Below are positions 33,790 to 48,249 of a stretch of 64,000 nt of DNA, piece by piece. The stretch's first letter is position 1. Every line of letters starts with the position of its first letter. The notes under the pieces are model-generated. The model was not told the DNA's origin. It worked only from the letters and a program-made list of their open reading frames with translations, and searched no databases. The DNA is from Mytilus edulis (taxonomy: Eukaryota): NCBI RefSeq assembly GCF_963676685.1, contig NC_092353.1, positions 20,435,307-20,499,306 on the forward strand, read 5' to 3'. The position numbers and the translations under genes are program-made.

Positions 33790-33920
33790 ATCGCTATAAA
33801 ACCAGGTTTAATCCACCATTTTCTACATTTGAAAATGCCTGTACAAGTCAGGAATATAACAGTTCTTGTCCATTCGTTTTTGATGCGTTTTGTTATTTGA
33901 TTTTGCCATGTAATTATTAT
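33790..33920 (+). repeat. Interspersed repeat family B copy
   Basis: aaaccaggtttaatccaccattttctacatttgaaaatgcctgtacaagtcaggaat...ttgtccattcgttt. Confidence 0.6.
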
Positions 33921-34427
33921 TGTCTTGTGCTATTAAAACAAAAATATTCGTTTTATTGATTTTGTTATCTATATAAATATTGACAATGGTTGAATATACT
34001 GTTGCCTTGTGACAGGGAACCTACAACTCCCTAGTCAGACGCATCGAGTTCTCGAACGAACATGTATCGTCAATTCATCTATATATTTATCTACCTTGTA
34101 TTTAACCTCTGGCAGACTGTCATCATGACGAATCCATACCTTTACTTTTACTACTATTCATTAGTCGATTGACATTTCTTTTGCCAGTATCCAGCAACTA
34201 AAGAAAACTGACAAAAATGTCACCGCGTTAAGTATGTAAGCTCTGATATATTACGTGGTAAAGTATGTATTATTGTTTTGAACAATTTATTCATAATTAA
34301 TACTTTGATGGTTTGTTAAATGATTTTTCGGCGTTGTGAGTAGCAATATATGTTAGAAATATATGATCAAGATCAAGGTACCGTTATTCTATTCTGGTCA
34401 TTAACATTTTGCCTGTCAACAAATAGA

Positions 34428-34570
34428 TATAAGAAGATGTTGTATGAGTGCCAGTGAGACAACTCTTCATCCAAGTCACAATTTATAAAAGTAAACAATT
34501 ACAGGTCAAAGTACGGCCTTCAACACGGAGCCTTGGCTCACACTCAACAACACACTATAAAAAATCCCAG
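34428..34570 (-). repeat. SINE-like variant subfamily fragment (agatgttgtatgagtgccagtgagacaactcttcatccaagtcacaatt...acggccttcaacacggagccttggctcaca); fuller copies at 35290-35530 and 57830-58050
   Basis: Mutual similarity across the three copies, and the same architecture as the rc SINE-like copy at 62040-62420. Confidence 0.6.
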
Positions 34571-35289
34571 TTTCAGGCCTTTCTTTTGGATATTGTGCAG
34601 ATATAAGCACAACGCTAACCTCCAACTTGAAATTTTGTTGTTTATAGTTTCATTATATTGGCAAAATTGGATAAGAAAACCAAACAAACTTAATAGATAA
34701 TTTGAAAGTAATTGGGATTCAGCATCCGAAACTGTGTAAACATATATCACAACTGACAAATTAATCTTACAAAGACGCCAGCAAATTCCTAATTACAACT
34801 ACTTGAATAAGAGTACCTTTTGAAACACACAGTGCTTATGAACTTTGTCACTCTTCATTGTATATTTAGAGCTGGCTATCATGGATTATTTAAAATTTGA
34901 TCTAAATTAAATGTTCAATATAGTGGTCCTATTTTTGTGGTAATAAAGGCAGGCTTGAGTCAGGATCATGACAGGTATAACCACCAATTCGACCAAAGTC
35001 ATGTCAAAAAGCATACATATTCCGAAACTATATATCAATTGTAAATAATTCATATATCAGATGATAAAGAGTTATATAATGAATAATCAGAAAGTTCTAT
35101 TGATTGGTCTCCCACGAAAAGTAATCGTTATCGATGAACGTTCTTAATTTACTACCACACAGACCTGATGAAGGTCAAGTAGTACTTGATCTACCTTTTA
35201 TGTATTAAACTATGTAGGATTGTCAAAATCAATTGATGAAATCTATTATTTGATAGAAAGTTGTATATGCCATTTCTATTGTGATATCT

Positions 35290-35530
35290 ATATATATATA
35301 TAGGAAGATGTTGTATGAGTGCCAATGAGACAACTCTCCATCCAAGTCACAATTTAAAAAGTAAACCATTATAGGTTAAAGTACGGCCTTCAACACGGAG
35401 CCTTGGCTCACACCGAACAACAAGCTATAAAGGGCCCCAAAATTACTAGTGTAAAACCATTCAAACGGGAAAACCAACGGTCTAATCTATATAAACAAAA
35501 CGAGAAACGAGAAACACGTATATAATACAT
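35290..35530 (-). repeat. SINE-like variant subfamily copy
   Basis: See 34428-34570. Confidence 0.6.
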
Positions 35531-36429
35531 TTCATAATTCGATAAGGCAAACAAGAACATCTAGTGCTATTTTAGACCCATGCACAATGCCGAATGATGA
35601 GAACGGAAAATCATCAAACTCTTGACATTACAAAAGTAATTACCTGCCTTTGGAAAGACACACATAATGAAAAAGATATGATTGCCATTGTGTCAACTAG
35701 CCATAGCCTGAAATGACAAATACGAATAATTACAAGTCAATATGCAACTTTTAACAATGAACAAAACCCATTTTAACTTATGTTTGTCAAACTCTCTCCA
35801 TATCTGTTACCGTGGTTTAACAAAACACTCAACAAAAAAACTGTATTAAGATAGCTGTTCTACATAGCACAGTTGAAAACAACTTTATAGTTGAATAAAT
35901 AATTCGAAAAATAAATAAATAAAAAAGAACAAATAGATAATTATTTGAAAAAGGGTTGATTTCATCCGGTCGCTACACAACCTAAACACCAAAGGACAAA
36001 GGACAGAAAGTGCCGACCTTAGAGTACTTAAGAGTATTTAGGAATTTGTTAATATGAGATCATTGAATTTCAGCGTCATTGCTGGATTACAGCATATTTC
36101 TCAATGATTACAGCATATTTTTCAGCGCCTACATCATATTTTTCTATGGTTTTCAAATGTCTATATTGCTCTGGAATTTTTTCCATAGTACGCATATATA
36201 CACTTTAGTTGGGGTATGTTTTACTTTTTATATAGAAATTATTTAATTTATTCTATTCATATTAATATTGCCACTTTTATTTAAAAAAATAGTTGATAAT
36301 ATCTACGTCTGGACAGTTATTTGCAATTATATTATATTTATATGTAAGATGATGAAAAGTAAGCCACGGGACTGTCAAGTTTATTTTCAATTTATGAGTT
36401 TGAACGTCACTGTGGTAAAAACTAAGGAT

Positions 36430-36640
36430 TTTCTTGTCCGAAGAATAGGTTACCTTAGCCGTATTTGGTACAACTTTTTGGAATTTTGGATCCTCTATGC
36501 CCTTTAACTTTGTATTGTTTGGCTTTATAACTATTTTGATATGAGCGTCACTGATGAGTCTTATGTAGACGAAACGCGCGTCTAGCGTCTGGCGTAGTAC
36601 ATTATAATCCTGGTACTTTTGATAACTATCGTCTCTCTTT
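36430..36640 (+). repeat. ~200-bp interspersed repeat unit carrying a complete hammerhead-like motif; a homologous but degenerate copy lies at 44700-44900
   Basis: tagccgtatttggtacaactttttggaattttgga...gagcgtcactgatgag...aatcctggtacttttgataac is shared with 44720-44900. Confidence 0.6.
36537..36592 (+). ncRNA. Candidate minimal type I hammerhead ribozyme: gagcgtcaCUGAUGA-GUCUuauguAGAC-GAAAC-GC..gcgucua..GCGUC
   Basis: All conserved core nucleotides are present in the canonical order: CUGAUGA, a 4-bp helix II, GAAA, an ACGC/GCGU helix III, and a GUC triplet. The helix II loop differs between copies (UUAUGU vs UUUUGU) while pairing is retained. Confidence 0.45.
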
Positions 36641-37009
36641 TGATATTTTTATCATTTCAAAGTAACAAATTTGTTAATATCTTTTTACACATACACTCAC
36701 CCAATATGCCATATTTATAATTATATGATATTCAAATAATACACAGTAGATTTGGGTGTTTAATTGACATTGAACTGGATGGATGATGTTAAAAGTTTAA
36801 ATCAATAATACATTTTTAACCTTTTCACAAACACAAAGCTCGAATTTTACATGGAAAAACCTATGTTTTCATATAATGGACTTGTTTAAGTGAGCTTGAT
36901 ATTCGAAAATATTTTAATTTTTATCACAGAGTCGATCTTGTGATCTCGTAATAGTTAAAACAGTATGAGGTTAAGCTAGCTATGAGACCAGCTTTATCTC
37001 CCCTTCCCC

Positions 37010-37100
37010 CTTTTCAATGGTAAATGCCTGTGCCATGTCACAAATATGACAGTTGGTTTCCAATCGTTCTATTGGTTTATATAAACAAACGTTTGATTTC
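37010..37100 (+). repeat. Family B repeat fragment
   Basis: aaatgcctgtgccatgtcacaaatatgacagttggtttccaatcgttctattgg. Confidence 0.4.
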
Positions 37101-40100
37101 TGGACTTTCTCCTTTAAAAGTTACCTAAGAGTGTGATTTTTGTTAAAATGTCTTTCAAATTATCCTGCTTCGATTTTAAATAGTGCAACACCACGTAACA
37201 ATGTATGTATATGAATGGCATTGGAATTGTCAAAAGTCTTCCAGTTTCAAAACTTTTCTTGAATAGATTAAGACAACGATCCAATAGAATATTTTTGGAA
37301 AATTAAGTAGTACTAATACAGTATGCGATTTTACACACACACTCTAGATTTACACAGAAAATGCATTCGTCTTAAAACAAAAAAAGTTTTCTTCACCTTT
37401 TGTTTCTGTAAGGAACACCTGGAAATAAGAAAATCGTTTTAACTTTCTAAATATTATTTGCATCTACATTATTCGATGTATATTTTACGGCATTAACAAA
37501 CAATAAAATTGAGAATGGAAATTAAATGGAAATGAGGAATATTTCAAAAAGACAACAACCCGACCAAAGAGCCGAAAACATCTGAAAACCCCAAGGACCA
37601 GCACCACATTTCTAATTGGGAACCTCATAAATACATCACAATTTGTACACCACAGAAACTTTTACACTTAGATATTCAAAGACTAAGCGCTCTATTTGTA
37701 GAGGCGATAATAAGTTTAGCAGTAACACTATGATATGAAAAAGCTCGACCTAAAAACGTTTATGTAGTAGAGGACTGAATACTACAAATCCCACATTAAA
37801 TATAAAATGTGTTTTCACAAGATGTCTTTTATAATACACAATATTACTCAAGTTGTTATTAACATCCATGTATTACGCTACACGCCAATTATGTAATGCT
37901 TAAAAAAATCTAAACATCAGAATAGAATAATGATATTAAAATATGTTGTATCAATAATATAAACACTACACTCATTGAACCAGGTAATTTATACCAAGGT
38001 TGAACATAGGTGATAATTGACACCACTTTCGACATTAATAATTCTGGTAAATGACCACTTTATAGTTGTACTGACCATAGTACATTTGTATAAATAGACC
38101 GTTAAGCTGTGACAACAGTTAGTTTTCTATTTATGATATAATAAGAAAAAATTGAAGTCATATAAATAAAAGAAAAGATTTAATAAGATTTTCTGACTTG
38201 AATTAAGTTTTTGAGTAAAGATGCTAATTCAATACAGGATAAGTGGATACTCGGATTTGACATGTTTGTTTAAGGTATGGGATTTATCCGAACCAAATCT
38301 TGCTGTACATTGCTTTTATTTGTTTTTCGATATTCAATAAACCACAATGGTAACTAAGGTGTAGAAATATGTCAAGATAAATCCTCCGTCCTAAATGCAA
38401 TACCCGTTTTGTTAAAAACAGAAGCGGGTAAATTTGGCTTACAAGGGTATAAATTAAGCTGGTTTGTTTTGGGTAAAATCAAGGTTGCATAGTGTGAGAA
38501 TATCTTGCTAAAAGATAAGCAAAATATATCAAAGGGACATTCAAACTCATAAGTCGAAAATAAACTGACAACGTAATGGATAACAAAAAGACCAACATTC
38601 AAACAACAGTACACATAACACAACATAGAAAACTAAAGACTGAGCAACACGAAATAAACCCAACACTGGTGGTATTCTCAAGTACCCCAGAATTCAACAT
38701 TTTATAGATTTCATGCGTCAAGCCATCGGGAAGACTAAACGCTAAATACTCCTATTTGACAAACAATGATGTAAAAGAACCGACAAAGTTTCACTTTATA
38801 AATATTCGCAGCCATATCAGGTCAAGTGTGTCTGAAGAAGTTGATACCTTAGATTCTTTATCAACTACCCTTAATGATTTTAATAAGGGGCACTTTTAGA
38901 GGTTTAATGATAAATCATGTTAGTACCCAAGTACTAACTACTACCTACTCGGTGATTCCCTCAAGGATTGACAGCTCCACCAGCAGCGGGAAGGACACTG
39001 TGCTGTAAAAAAATATTTGTTTGTTTGTAGTGTCTTGTTGACTTGTTTGTCTTTATTTTCTGGTTTTACCATGGTGTTGCTGTTGCTTGCTTTTCCTACC
39101 CTTTCTAATCTGAATGTTGTGAATTATAATTACGTATACTGATTTTATGAGTGCCTCGTGTGTAAGGGTTAGGGTGCAAATAAGAAGTACGCTATAGAAG
39201 CGAAGCTCCTGCTAGAGGAGGAAGATAAAGACTAGGTAACAGATGTCCAATTAGTTCTGCCACATTTTCTCTAATCAAGTGTGATTAAAGTCAAAGTTTA
39301 TAAAGAAATGTCTCGGCCATTCCCCTTTGAAAGCTTAAATATAAATTTATCTCCTCCGATTCGTTTTTTCTTTATTTCTCAGGGAAAAAAGTAATTAACG
39401 ATTGGCAAAGTGCACAGCTGTAAAGTACCTTCAAGTTGTTTACACAAAGATTAAGCAACCTGGCATCTTAATTGATATATGAGTGTCCATAAAAATTAAC
39501 CACACGGTATTGACCAATTTAGATTGTCAATACTATTCTTATCAAACTTAAAGTGGAATACCATTATTGGATTAGCCTTGTAAACAGAATAGAACAACGT
39601 TGAGATTCTTATTCCTGAGGTCAAATTATCTTGAATGCTAGGAACAACCAAAGAGAAACACTTAGAATATCATAAACATTCAAGATAATGCTGATAACAA
39701 AATAAATACGATAATTTCAAAATTTATTATAAAGCCGGTCTGGTATGACTACCATTGAAATAGTTTCTTCATTTCAATGTTTCAGCTATTTAAACATTTT
39801 CAGCCCTTTTTCGGAAAGTTATTTTAGCCAGTTTTGTTGTTCGTATCTTTGGCGACTATCATTTTTGCATTATATACATCATCTGTAATGTTCAATTTAA
39901 TAAATTAAAAAAGGTCAGGATATTCTACATCATCTGCAAAATAGAAATAAAGAAAACTTTGATTTATAAATAATCTTGTCATCTTAAAAAATATATATTG
40001 ATTATCTAATTGTAAACCAATACAGACACTTGAAATTACTTTTTTAATAACCAAATTTAGCAGAAATGGATTGATTTGTATAAAATTGATGCATTGACCA

Positions 40101-43100
40101 TAACTTTGTATATGACGAATAAACAATAAAGGAAATATTGTTGTCATAAACTTGAGACTTATCTCTCTCTCTTTTTTCCACCTCGCTCAGATTCACATAT
40201 TCATGAAAAGATAACGGAGACCTGATAGATGCAGTGAATGGTCAAGCACAGCAATTCCCATAGTTTGTATAAGAGCTGATCGATATTTCTTTGCCTTTTA
40301 TAAATTTTGATAGAGTAGTACAGTACACTTCAATTTGTTTTTTATAAAAACAAACATATGTCATTTTTATAAGAACATACATTATAATAAAGAAATGTAA
40401 TGCATTAATAATTTGGTTCTAGAGCTCTCTACTATATATACCAGTGACATCCATCTTCTTTACCTGTTTGAACCAATTGGAGTTGGATAACCAAAACCAT
40501 GGCAGATTGGTCAATGTCTCTCAGTCTTGCACATGCTAGTACATAGCTATTCCAAAAATATCAGTACCTTTAAACTGAATATGAGAGTTAAAAAAAGAGA
40601 TTTGTAAGGGCAAAGACAAGAAGGTTGCCAATAGCAAAACATTTGAATGTTTACAAAAATGATTCTAGAAACGATGTTGCTATTAATTGGTAAGCGGTCC
40701 CTGCTCCAATGTTTGTGCCTGTCTTGTATAAACCCAGTATATGTCTAATTTGACTTTATTAAGTGACATTAAAAAAATAGGACTGGATAGATTTTCCATC
40801 AGATGGAACACATTAGTATCACCACTAAGAAATATATTCCATTGCTGTCAACCAAATTATAATAGAGGCAGTAAACCTTTGGAAGAAATATTGTAAGAGC
40901 AACAAATAATTACAGCTGGAATGAGCTTGACTAGTCAGATTGGTATTTAGCACAAAAATCAAATAAAAAGTCATAAGAATTACAAAGTGTCAACCTTAGA
41001 AAGCTCGCATTTACTAAAGGTAAATCAAAGCACAATTTCAATAATGAATAAATCAAGATCTTCCAGGTTGAAATATTATACAATACACCTTCGATGTATC
41101 GATATATTTTTTAGAAAGAAATTGGATCTATACAAACAGTTAAGCAGGAGAACATGTAACGATTAGTTTATATGAAATCCGGTAATTTTGGAATGCAATG
41201 TTAAAAATGAATGTGGTTTAAAATAATCATTTGATCCCAGTCTCGAAAATGATCAGCGACTGTTGTTATCATAAAGTTAGCAATATATCTTTTTCCAACT
41301 TCGATTGAGGGCTTCCAATAAATTAATTTGTAGAAACCAAAGTTTTATTGTTTTCAATTACCACTCATATTCATTATCTTTGTGACAAGACTATGTTGAA
41401 GGAATATATGTGAATATCTCTCACATTGACGCGAGGAACGACCTTTATCTTGCTATATTATTAGCCGCTTTGTTTTGTAAGTTTACAAATACATCATATG
41501 TAATGCACAGAAAAGTACAACTGTTGATATTTTGTCTATTTTAAAGTGTTAAACTTGTTAGTTTTGTTCAAACATGTACATCAAAATGATAATAATAAAA
41601 TCAACGGCTGAAACCAATGCGAAGGAAATCGTATTGCATGGAAGTGAATGGATGACGGTGCAAGTTGATATTGATGACATTTATGTTTTATTGTTTTTGT
41701 TTCCACAGAATAACATGAAACATTTATAAAGAAAACATATTTGTAAGTGAGGAAGATATTAGTTCAACAAACACTTAATTGAGTTCATAAATCAATTCGT
41801 GAAAACAGCCACTTGATCGCTCAGGTAAGAAACTATTTATCAAACTTTAAGTTAACTTAAATGAATCTAAATAATTAATGTTTTTTTTTTTCGATTAAAT
41901 ATGTCCCTTGTTCGACAAATGAACATGAATATATCTAAAGGCGAGACTAATATAGTGATGGTATCCAATTTACCATTTAGGACGGCATTTAGAACATCAA
42001 GGTTGTTCTTTGACATGATGCAATGTATCTCTAAGCCTTTCCGCTTCATTCATTATATGTGTTTTTTTAAATTGAACAATCAGCGAATCTTCCACCTAAT
42101 TATATGTACAAATGTATACCCAAAGAGATGGATCTTAATAAATACAGACAGATGGAATCGTTGAAGGTCCTAATAAAAAAAAAACACATTGTGTGAAAAT
42201 TGTCATTTCATCACTTACAATAATACAAAAGTCAAAATATTATTACTCTTAAATATAAAGGTAGTCCGATTTCTATCAAATGTTACATTTTAAGCAAAAT
42301 GGTGTTGTTGCAGAGTAATTTAATAGAGAAGGTAGGATACTTCTATGGATCAAATATCAGGACGTATTATGAGTCTATCGAATTTTCAGATTTTCACATG
42401 ACACTAGTTTGTAAGATATCAGTATTTTTATTTTTGAATGTTTTATTTTCATATTCAACTAAGGGTTTCAAATGTCTAAATTTACTACTTTGATTAAAGT
42501 CTAGGCTCTTATTGAACACTGTCAAATTTTGTATGTTAAAAAGTCAGTCCAAGTTACCTCATATGTTTTACTTTAAACATGTTTGTTATGTTCTAATGAC
42601 TTCACAAGGTGGAGGAGTATTTCTGTTTTATGGTGTCCCGTTTATATCAAAATACTCATTAACGGATAAAACTTTCAGAATTGTAAATAATTGTTTTTTA
42701 GAATTATAGGGGCCTTTCGAATTCAATCGGCCTGTTTAATCTATTAATAAAACCTTTCTTCAAGATAATATATACCATTAAAGCATGGCAAAAAATGTGT
42801 CTATCATAAAATAGATTTATATTTACATTATTTACAGTATAAAAGACTCATAAAATATCTGTACCTCAATTTTATATAATTTAGCAGGCTCCGGTACAGC
42901 TCTAAGTCATATCAATATATATGAACTATAATACTTGTTTTTATCGTTTAAATGCTTTATTTCATCACACAAGACTTTTGTGTAATAAAGTTCGCGAATG
43001 ACACATTTAGCTTTTTTTGTAAACATTTGTACATTTGTCTTCAATTTTGAATAAGAGTGCAGGCTTGGTACACTTCTAAGTTAGACATATAAACTGTAAT

Positions 43101-43689
43101 GTTACAAAACTATTGTATATTATGCCAAGAGATTGTTTCCATATATGAAATTTCCCAAAGTCGGTGTATTATATACATATGATATCTGCCAATATGAAAA
43201 CTCTCTGTTTTAAAAAAGAGGCAGAGTATCTGGAGGCGGTTTTACTATATCTGTAGAAATATTTGTATAAACATGATATCGCATCCTTATTATTACGGTG
43301 ATGTTGTTTCTAAAGTCCGTAAAAGTAGCTACAACCCATGTAAAATTGGTGAATCATTTGAACTTGTTCTTGAAGGTTATTTAAAAATATTGTTTTTATT
43401 GGTACTTACACTGATGTTGTTATTGAAAATATAGTTTGCAATATATGATCCGAAGAGCTTGTCGATTACCAAGGTCATGTATTTATCAGAGTATTTATGA
43501 CGCCTTAACACTAAACATATATTAAATGTGTACTGACTGAAACTTTAGTCTGACCGAACATAATTTAGTTGAAATAGGCTTTGAACTAGCTTTCAGTAAC
43601 TGCGAGTACTCTTATTAAGTGGTTTATGTCTATTGTTTTTACCTTAGTTGTGTTAGTGTCTCGTGTCAATGGTTTGAGTGAAGGCAATT

Positions 43690-44050
43690 GTAACTGATTT
43701 TTATAGTTTGTCTTAAATTGTGCTGTTACACCACTAGCATACCGGGAGGGTTTGCTTACAAACATGTTTAACCCCGTTACACTCTGTATGTGCCTATCAC
43801 AAGTTAGAAGCCTGTAATTCAGAAGTATAGCCGTTGTTGGTTTGTCTGTCATATTTGCTTTTCATTGATTTGCTTTTCTTTTCTCGTTTGAATTGTTAAT
43901 CTTTTTTTTATGTCGGGTCTTTTATAGCCAACGATACGGTATTGGTTCTAATCCCCGTTGAAGTCCGTGCGGTTGCCTATAATTGCTTATATCAAGTCCA
44001 TTGAACTCTAGTAGATAGTTGTCTCATTGGCAGTCCTATCAAATCTCCAT
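43690..44050 (+). repeat. SINE-like interspersed repeat copy
   Basis: gtttaaccccgttacactctgtatgtgcctatcacaagttagaagcctgtaattcag...gttgtctcattggcagtcctatcaaatct aligns with 4735-5085. Confidence 0.7.
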
Positions 44051-44699
44051 ATTTTATATAAGTTTAATTTCAACGCTGATAAGAGGAGGAGAAAGTGACA
44101 ATGCATGAACAAAAATGTAACAAAAACGTAGCAAGCTAAAAGGACAAACACATCAACATAACACTGCAAAAAAAAAAAACAACCTTAAAAAACACGAACT
44201 CCAACAAAAAAATAAAGTGATCGCAGGTACATCTAAAGGGTACGCAACGCTTTCTTTAACAGAATAGAGCACATACACATGTTTATAGATCACATGGAAT
44301 CATAGGAAAACACATTTTCATTGCTTTTAAAGATAGGTATCTACCCAATATCACTTGCAACTGCATTGTTTTCAGCACATTTACAAACTCATAAATACCA
44401 CCATTTGATATTAATTAGTATTGTAATTTCATTGTTATTAATAAATGTTATATCAGTATTACGTAATTCTATTTTATTTTTGGGAAATGTTTTTAGAAAT
44501 TCAAATGTGACGTCACTTTGTGCGTTGATGGCATTGGCTAACTCGGCTGTGTATTTGTATGTACTAGTTTAGGTTGTTTTATGTAAAATATTTTTTATTC
44601 TGTATTTAGTCACAACTTCGGTTTTATTATGTATATCTATTTTATTGTCATTTTTATAACATTTACTTTTGCAAAAGTATGAATTATTCTAAATAATAA

Positions 44700-44900
44700 G
44701 GATGTTCTTATCCCAGGCAGAAACTCCTAGCCGTATTGGGTACAACTTTTTGGAACTTTTAGTCCTCAGGGCTCTTCAACTTTGTACTTGTTTTGACTTT
44801 CGAACTTTTTTCATCTGAGCGTCGCTGGTTAGTCGTATGTGGACAAAACGGGCGTTTGGCATATTAAATTTTAAACCTGGTACTTTTTGTTAGCTAGTAT
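44700..44900 (+). repeat. Degenerate copy of the hammerhead-bearing repeat (core mutated: gagcgtcgCTGGTTAgtcgtatgtggacAAAACgggcg)
   Basis: Alignment with 36430-36640. Confidence 0.5.
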
Positions 44901-45149
44901 TCGTGTGTTTCTCTGTCTTATATGTTATCCGATTTATTTTAAATGTAGTTTAGTCATGTAATGTTGTCATTTTAATGTTATATTTAACATTGCCATAAAA
45001 TTGAGAAGTTTGGCATGCCACAAAACCAGGTTAAGGCCACCATTTTTTTTTCTAAAAATGTCCTGTTCCAATTCAGAAAAATGGCCATTGTTATATTACA
45101 GTTTGTTTCTCTGTGTGTTACATCTTAATGTTGTGTTTTGTTGTGTCCT

Positions 45150-45290
45150 AGTTCTCTTATATTTGATGCGTTTCCTTCAGTTTTAGTTTGTAACCCGTAT
45201 TTGGTTTTTTTTCTCAATCGATTTATGAATTTCGAACAGCGGTATACTACTGTTGTCTTTATTCATAGGAATAAAAAATCTACAAGCTTT
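45150..45290 (+). repeat. Interspersed repeat family C (cagttttagtttgtaacccgtatttg..ttctcaatcgatttatgaatttcgaacagcggtatactactgttgtctttat); copies at 55680-55770 and 63010-63110
   Basis: Three near-identical copies. Confidence 0.6.
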
Positions 45291-47129
45291 ATTAAATATG
45301 GCATTATAAAAAGAAAAGTCTAACAACACTAAATTCCAGCATCAGTTTCAACTAGTAGCTTCACTAAACTCTTATAGAGTCTCTATTTGCATATAATATT
45401 CATATAAATACTCAAATAACCGTACCATTAGTATACAGTCAACTTTAATTTTGTTCTTTACTAATTCCAAGACTACAGTCATATAACATCAGAAAAGCCA
45501 CCTTGAAAATTTTTACCGAGATTAATGCGAGTGACGTTTAAAAATTTTTAATTAACGACTTGAAACCATATGCAGCATATGAAAAAGAATAACATAATTC
45601 CAAACGAAACGTTAATAAAAATATAAATTGCGCAATTTTTAAAGGACAAGCAAAACTGCTCTTGGGGACACGTATGTATATTTCAAAAACAAGATTCATT
45701 TATCGTTTATAGGTAAACAGATTTTTTTTTTTTTGTAAATTTTGAAATGTAGTTCACATGATATTGCATCGGCTTCCTCCACTAATAAATCTGGCCGCCA
45801 CGAAATGGCCCAAAAGGCAGTGCTTAAAAGTGGCGTTAAAAACACAAAAATAAAATAAAGTCATATAATATTTTTTTCCTCAGGAAGAAGCATTCGTCTA
45901 AAGCTTTTGCAATTGTTCCAAATAGCACCATCTGCAAGTAGGGATCATTTATCACTTTGGTTGTGTAGATAACACATATATTGCTGTCAATATCATAAAC
46001 AAAACAATTTACCAAATCTATAAAAGGTATATAAAAGGTATCTGCAGAACAAAATATGTTGATGTGTGTCTATAAATAACATATGTGATAATTTTTATCG
46101 CTATCGATATTAAACCATATTCTAATAAATGACAATTTTACTAAGATTGTACTGAACATAGTACATTTGTATGAATAACAGCACACCAATTTCCTGGAAC
46201 GTGCAGACCGTTTTGCTTTTACCACAGTATATTTCTATCAATGAACTATTATAATCTGTATCATATTTCTTTTAAAAATCAATGAAATTACAAATGTAGA
46301 TTTACAAAGTTTTTTTCAGTCATTATTAGAGACAACCAGTTGTGCTTTAACTTGTATGGAAACCAATATGTTCATATTCGAGAAAAGCAATGCCAGCTTA
46401 CCATTATAATAGCATTTTGTTTGAAATATTACAATCAAACTGATACGAAACACAGGTGAATACATTGCAGAACAAAGTCACAAGAATCTTCCATGTTTAT
46501 TTTGTATATTGTTGTAATTAACCCAATATAATTGTATTGTTATCGTTTTGTGTATCGTTTGGCCATGAAACACAATGGTAATAAACTGAGGTATAGGTAT
46601 ATGCCAACGAATTGCAATACTTGTTTTGAAAAGTAAAGACTCGCCATGTTTGTCCGCGTTTGATAGGTATGAATATACTGTTTTTGGTTAACAATACATT
46701 CATGATGCGTAGTTGGTAAATTTTATATAGTTCTTCATCCTTTTTATAAGATTTGGATTTTTAAATATTTTGACATCGATCATCATTGAAGAGACATTAA
46801 TTGTCGAAATGCGCATCTGTTACAGAACAAATTGTACCGTTTTAGTTCTTGCGTGCCGATTACGCTTTTATGCAATCGGAACTTCTGACTCTGCTTTAAA
46901 TGTCGTTGCTCTTAAAAATTACAAAAAAGTAAAATGGTCGCAAATAGTGGACCTTTCATTTGTATGACAGACGACACCTTTGTCCTATGTCAGTTAGATA
47001 ATTATACATATTCATATAACTTATTCCAAGGTGCTACATATATTTTTTAATGCATTTATTTTGGAATGTCTTTTCCAATTCTACCTCATCTTTTACACGA
47101 AAAGCTAAGAAAATCCTACAGACATTGCA

Positions 47130-47310
47130 TGTGAAAAGTAAAATCACAAAAATACTGTGCTTCAAGGAAAAATCAAAACGGAAAGTCCCTAATCCAAAGG
47201 CAAAATTAAAATCTCACACACACCAAACGGATGTATAACAACTGTCATATTCCTGACTTGGTACAGACATTTTCTAATGTAGAATATGGTGAAATAAACC
47301 TGGTTTTATA
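47130..47310 (-). repeat. Family B repeat copy, reverse orientation
   Basis: The rc reads ctataaaaccaggtttatttcaccatattctacattagaaaatgtctgtaccaagtcaggaatatgacagttgtt... Confidence 0.55.
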
Positions 47311-48249
47311 GCTGGCAAAGAGATTATATTTTAATTTCGTAACCGTTTCTTTTATAAACCTAACTTCACCATGGCTAATATCAACAAATCTTTACTTTAT
47401 AATGTACAATTGGTAAAGTACACGGACAAAAGATCAGTCGAGCTGTATACACAATGATAAGCAACCTCTCAATTTATAGAGTTGTAATCTGGATTAAAAA
47501 AAAATCTTGAGTCGGAATAATTGTCATAGACATTTCCAAGATACGTGTCCATCAATATTAACCAAACATTATTGACCAATTTAGATTACCAATGCTATTC
47601 TTATCAAACTTGAAGTGGAATGCCATTATTGGTTTAGCCTTGTAAATAGAGTGGTAATAAACCATTGGGATTGAGTTTCTTATTTCAGAGGTCATATTAT
47701 CATCCGTTCATAGAAAAGCAAAGGAAAGACTCTTATGAAATGAAAGCTTAAAAAGATCATCATAGATTCAAAGCTTTTAAAAAAATTACTAGAAAGCCTT
47801 TTACCATAATTACGTTGACCAGAAACGAATGTTATTGAAAACATTTACGTTCAAATATAAACGCAGATCAAAATATATAGATAAAACCGAACTCTAACGA
47901 TATTTGCTTTAATGAGACAGATCTTTAAGGCATTGCATTTTTTGGTGGATTACAATCAAATCAGACTAAGACAGAACAAAACAAAACTTTACGAAAAAAG
48001 AGATGATTTCAGCTTCCCATTTGTGAACTTTCTATTTCTATGTAGCAACATTCTAGAAGCGCCTGCATACGGAGTATATATCTCCCAATTTTTACGATAT
48101 TCCCGGGCTAATATTTCCTATTATGATTTCCTTGATAGAGGATTGCTGCTTACAAGGAAGCTATTAAACCAAGAGTTCCAAATGGTGAAGTTGAAATCAT
48201 CCCTTCGTAAATTTTACGGACACCATTACGAGTTGGTTGACCGTTAAGG

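Noticed and set aside
47912-48247. 111-aa + strand ORF ending …KLKSSLRKFYGHHYELVDR
   Set aside because: It has a vaguely familiar C-terminal motif, but I cannot place it in a family. It sits directly upstream of the family D repeat and has no supporting splice or start context, so it is left uncalled.
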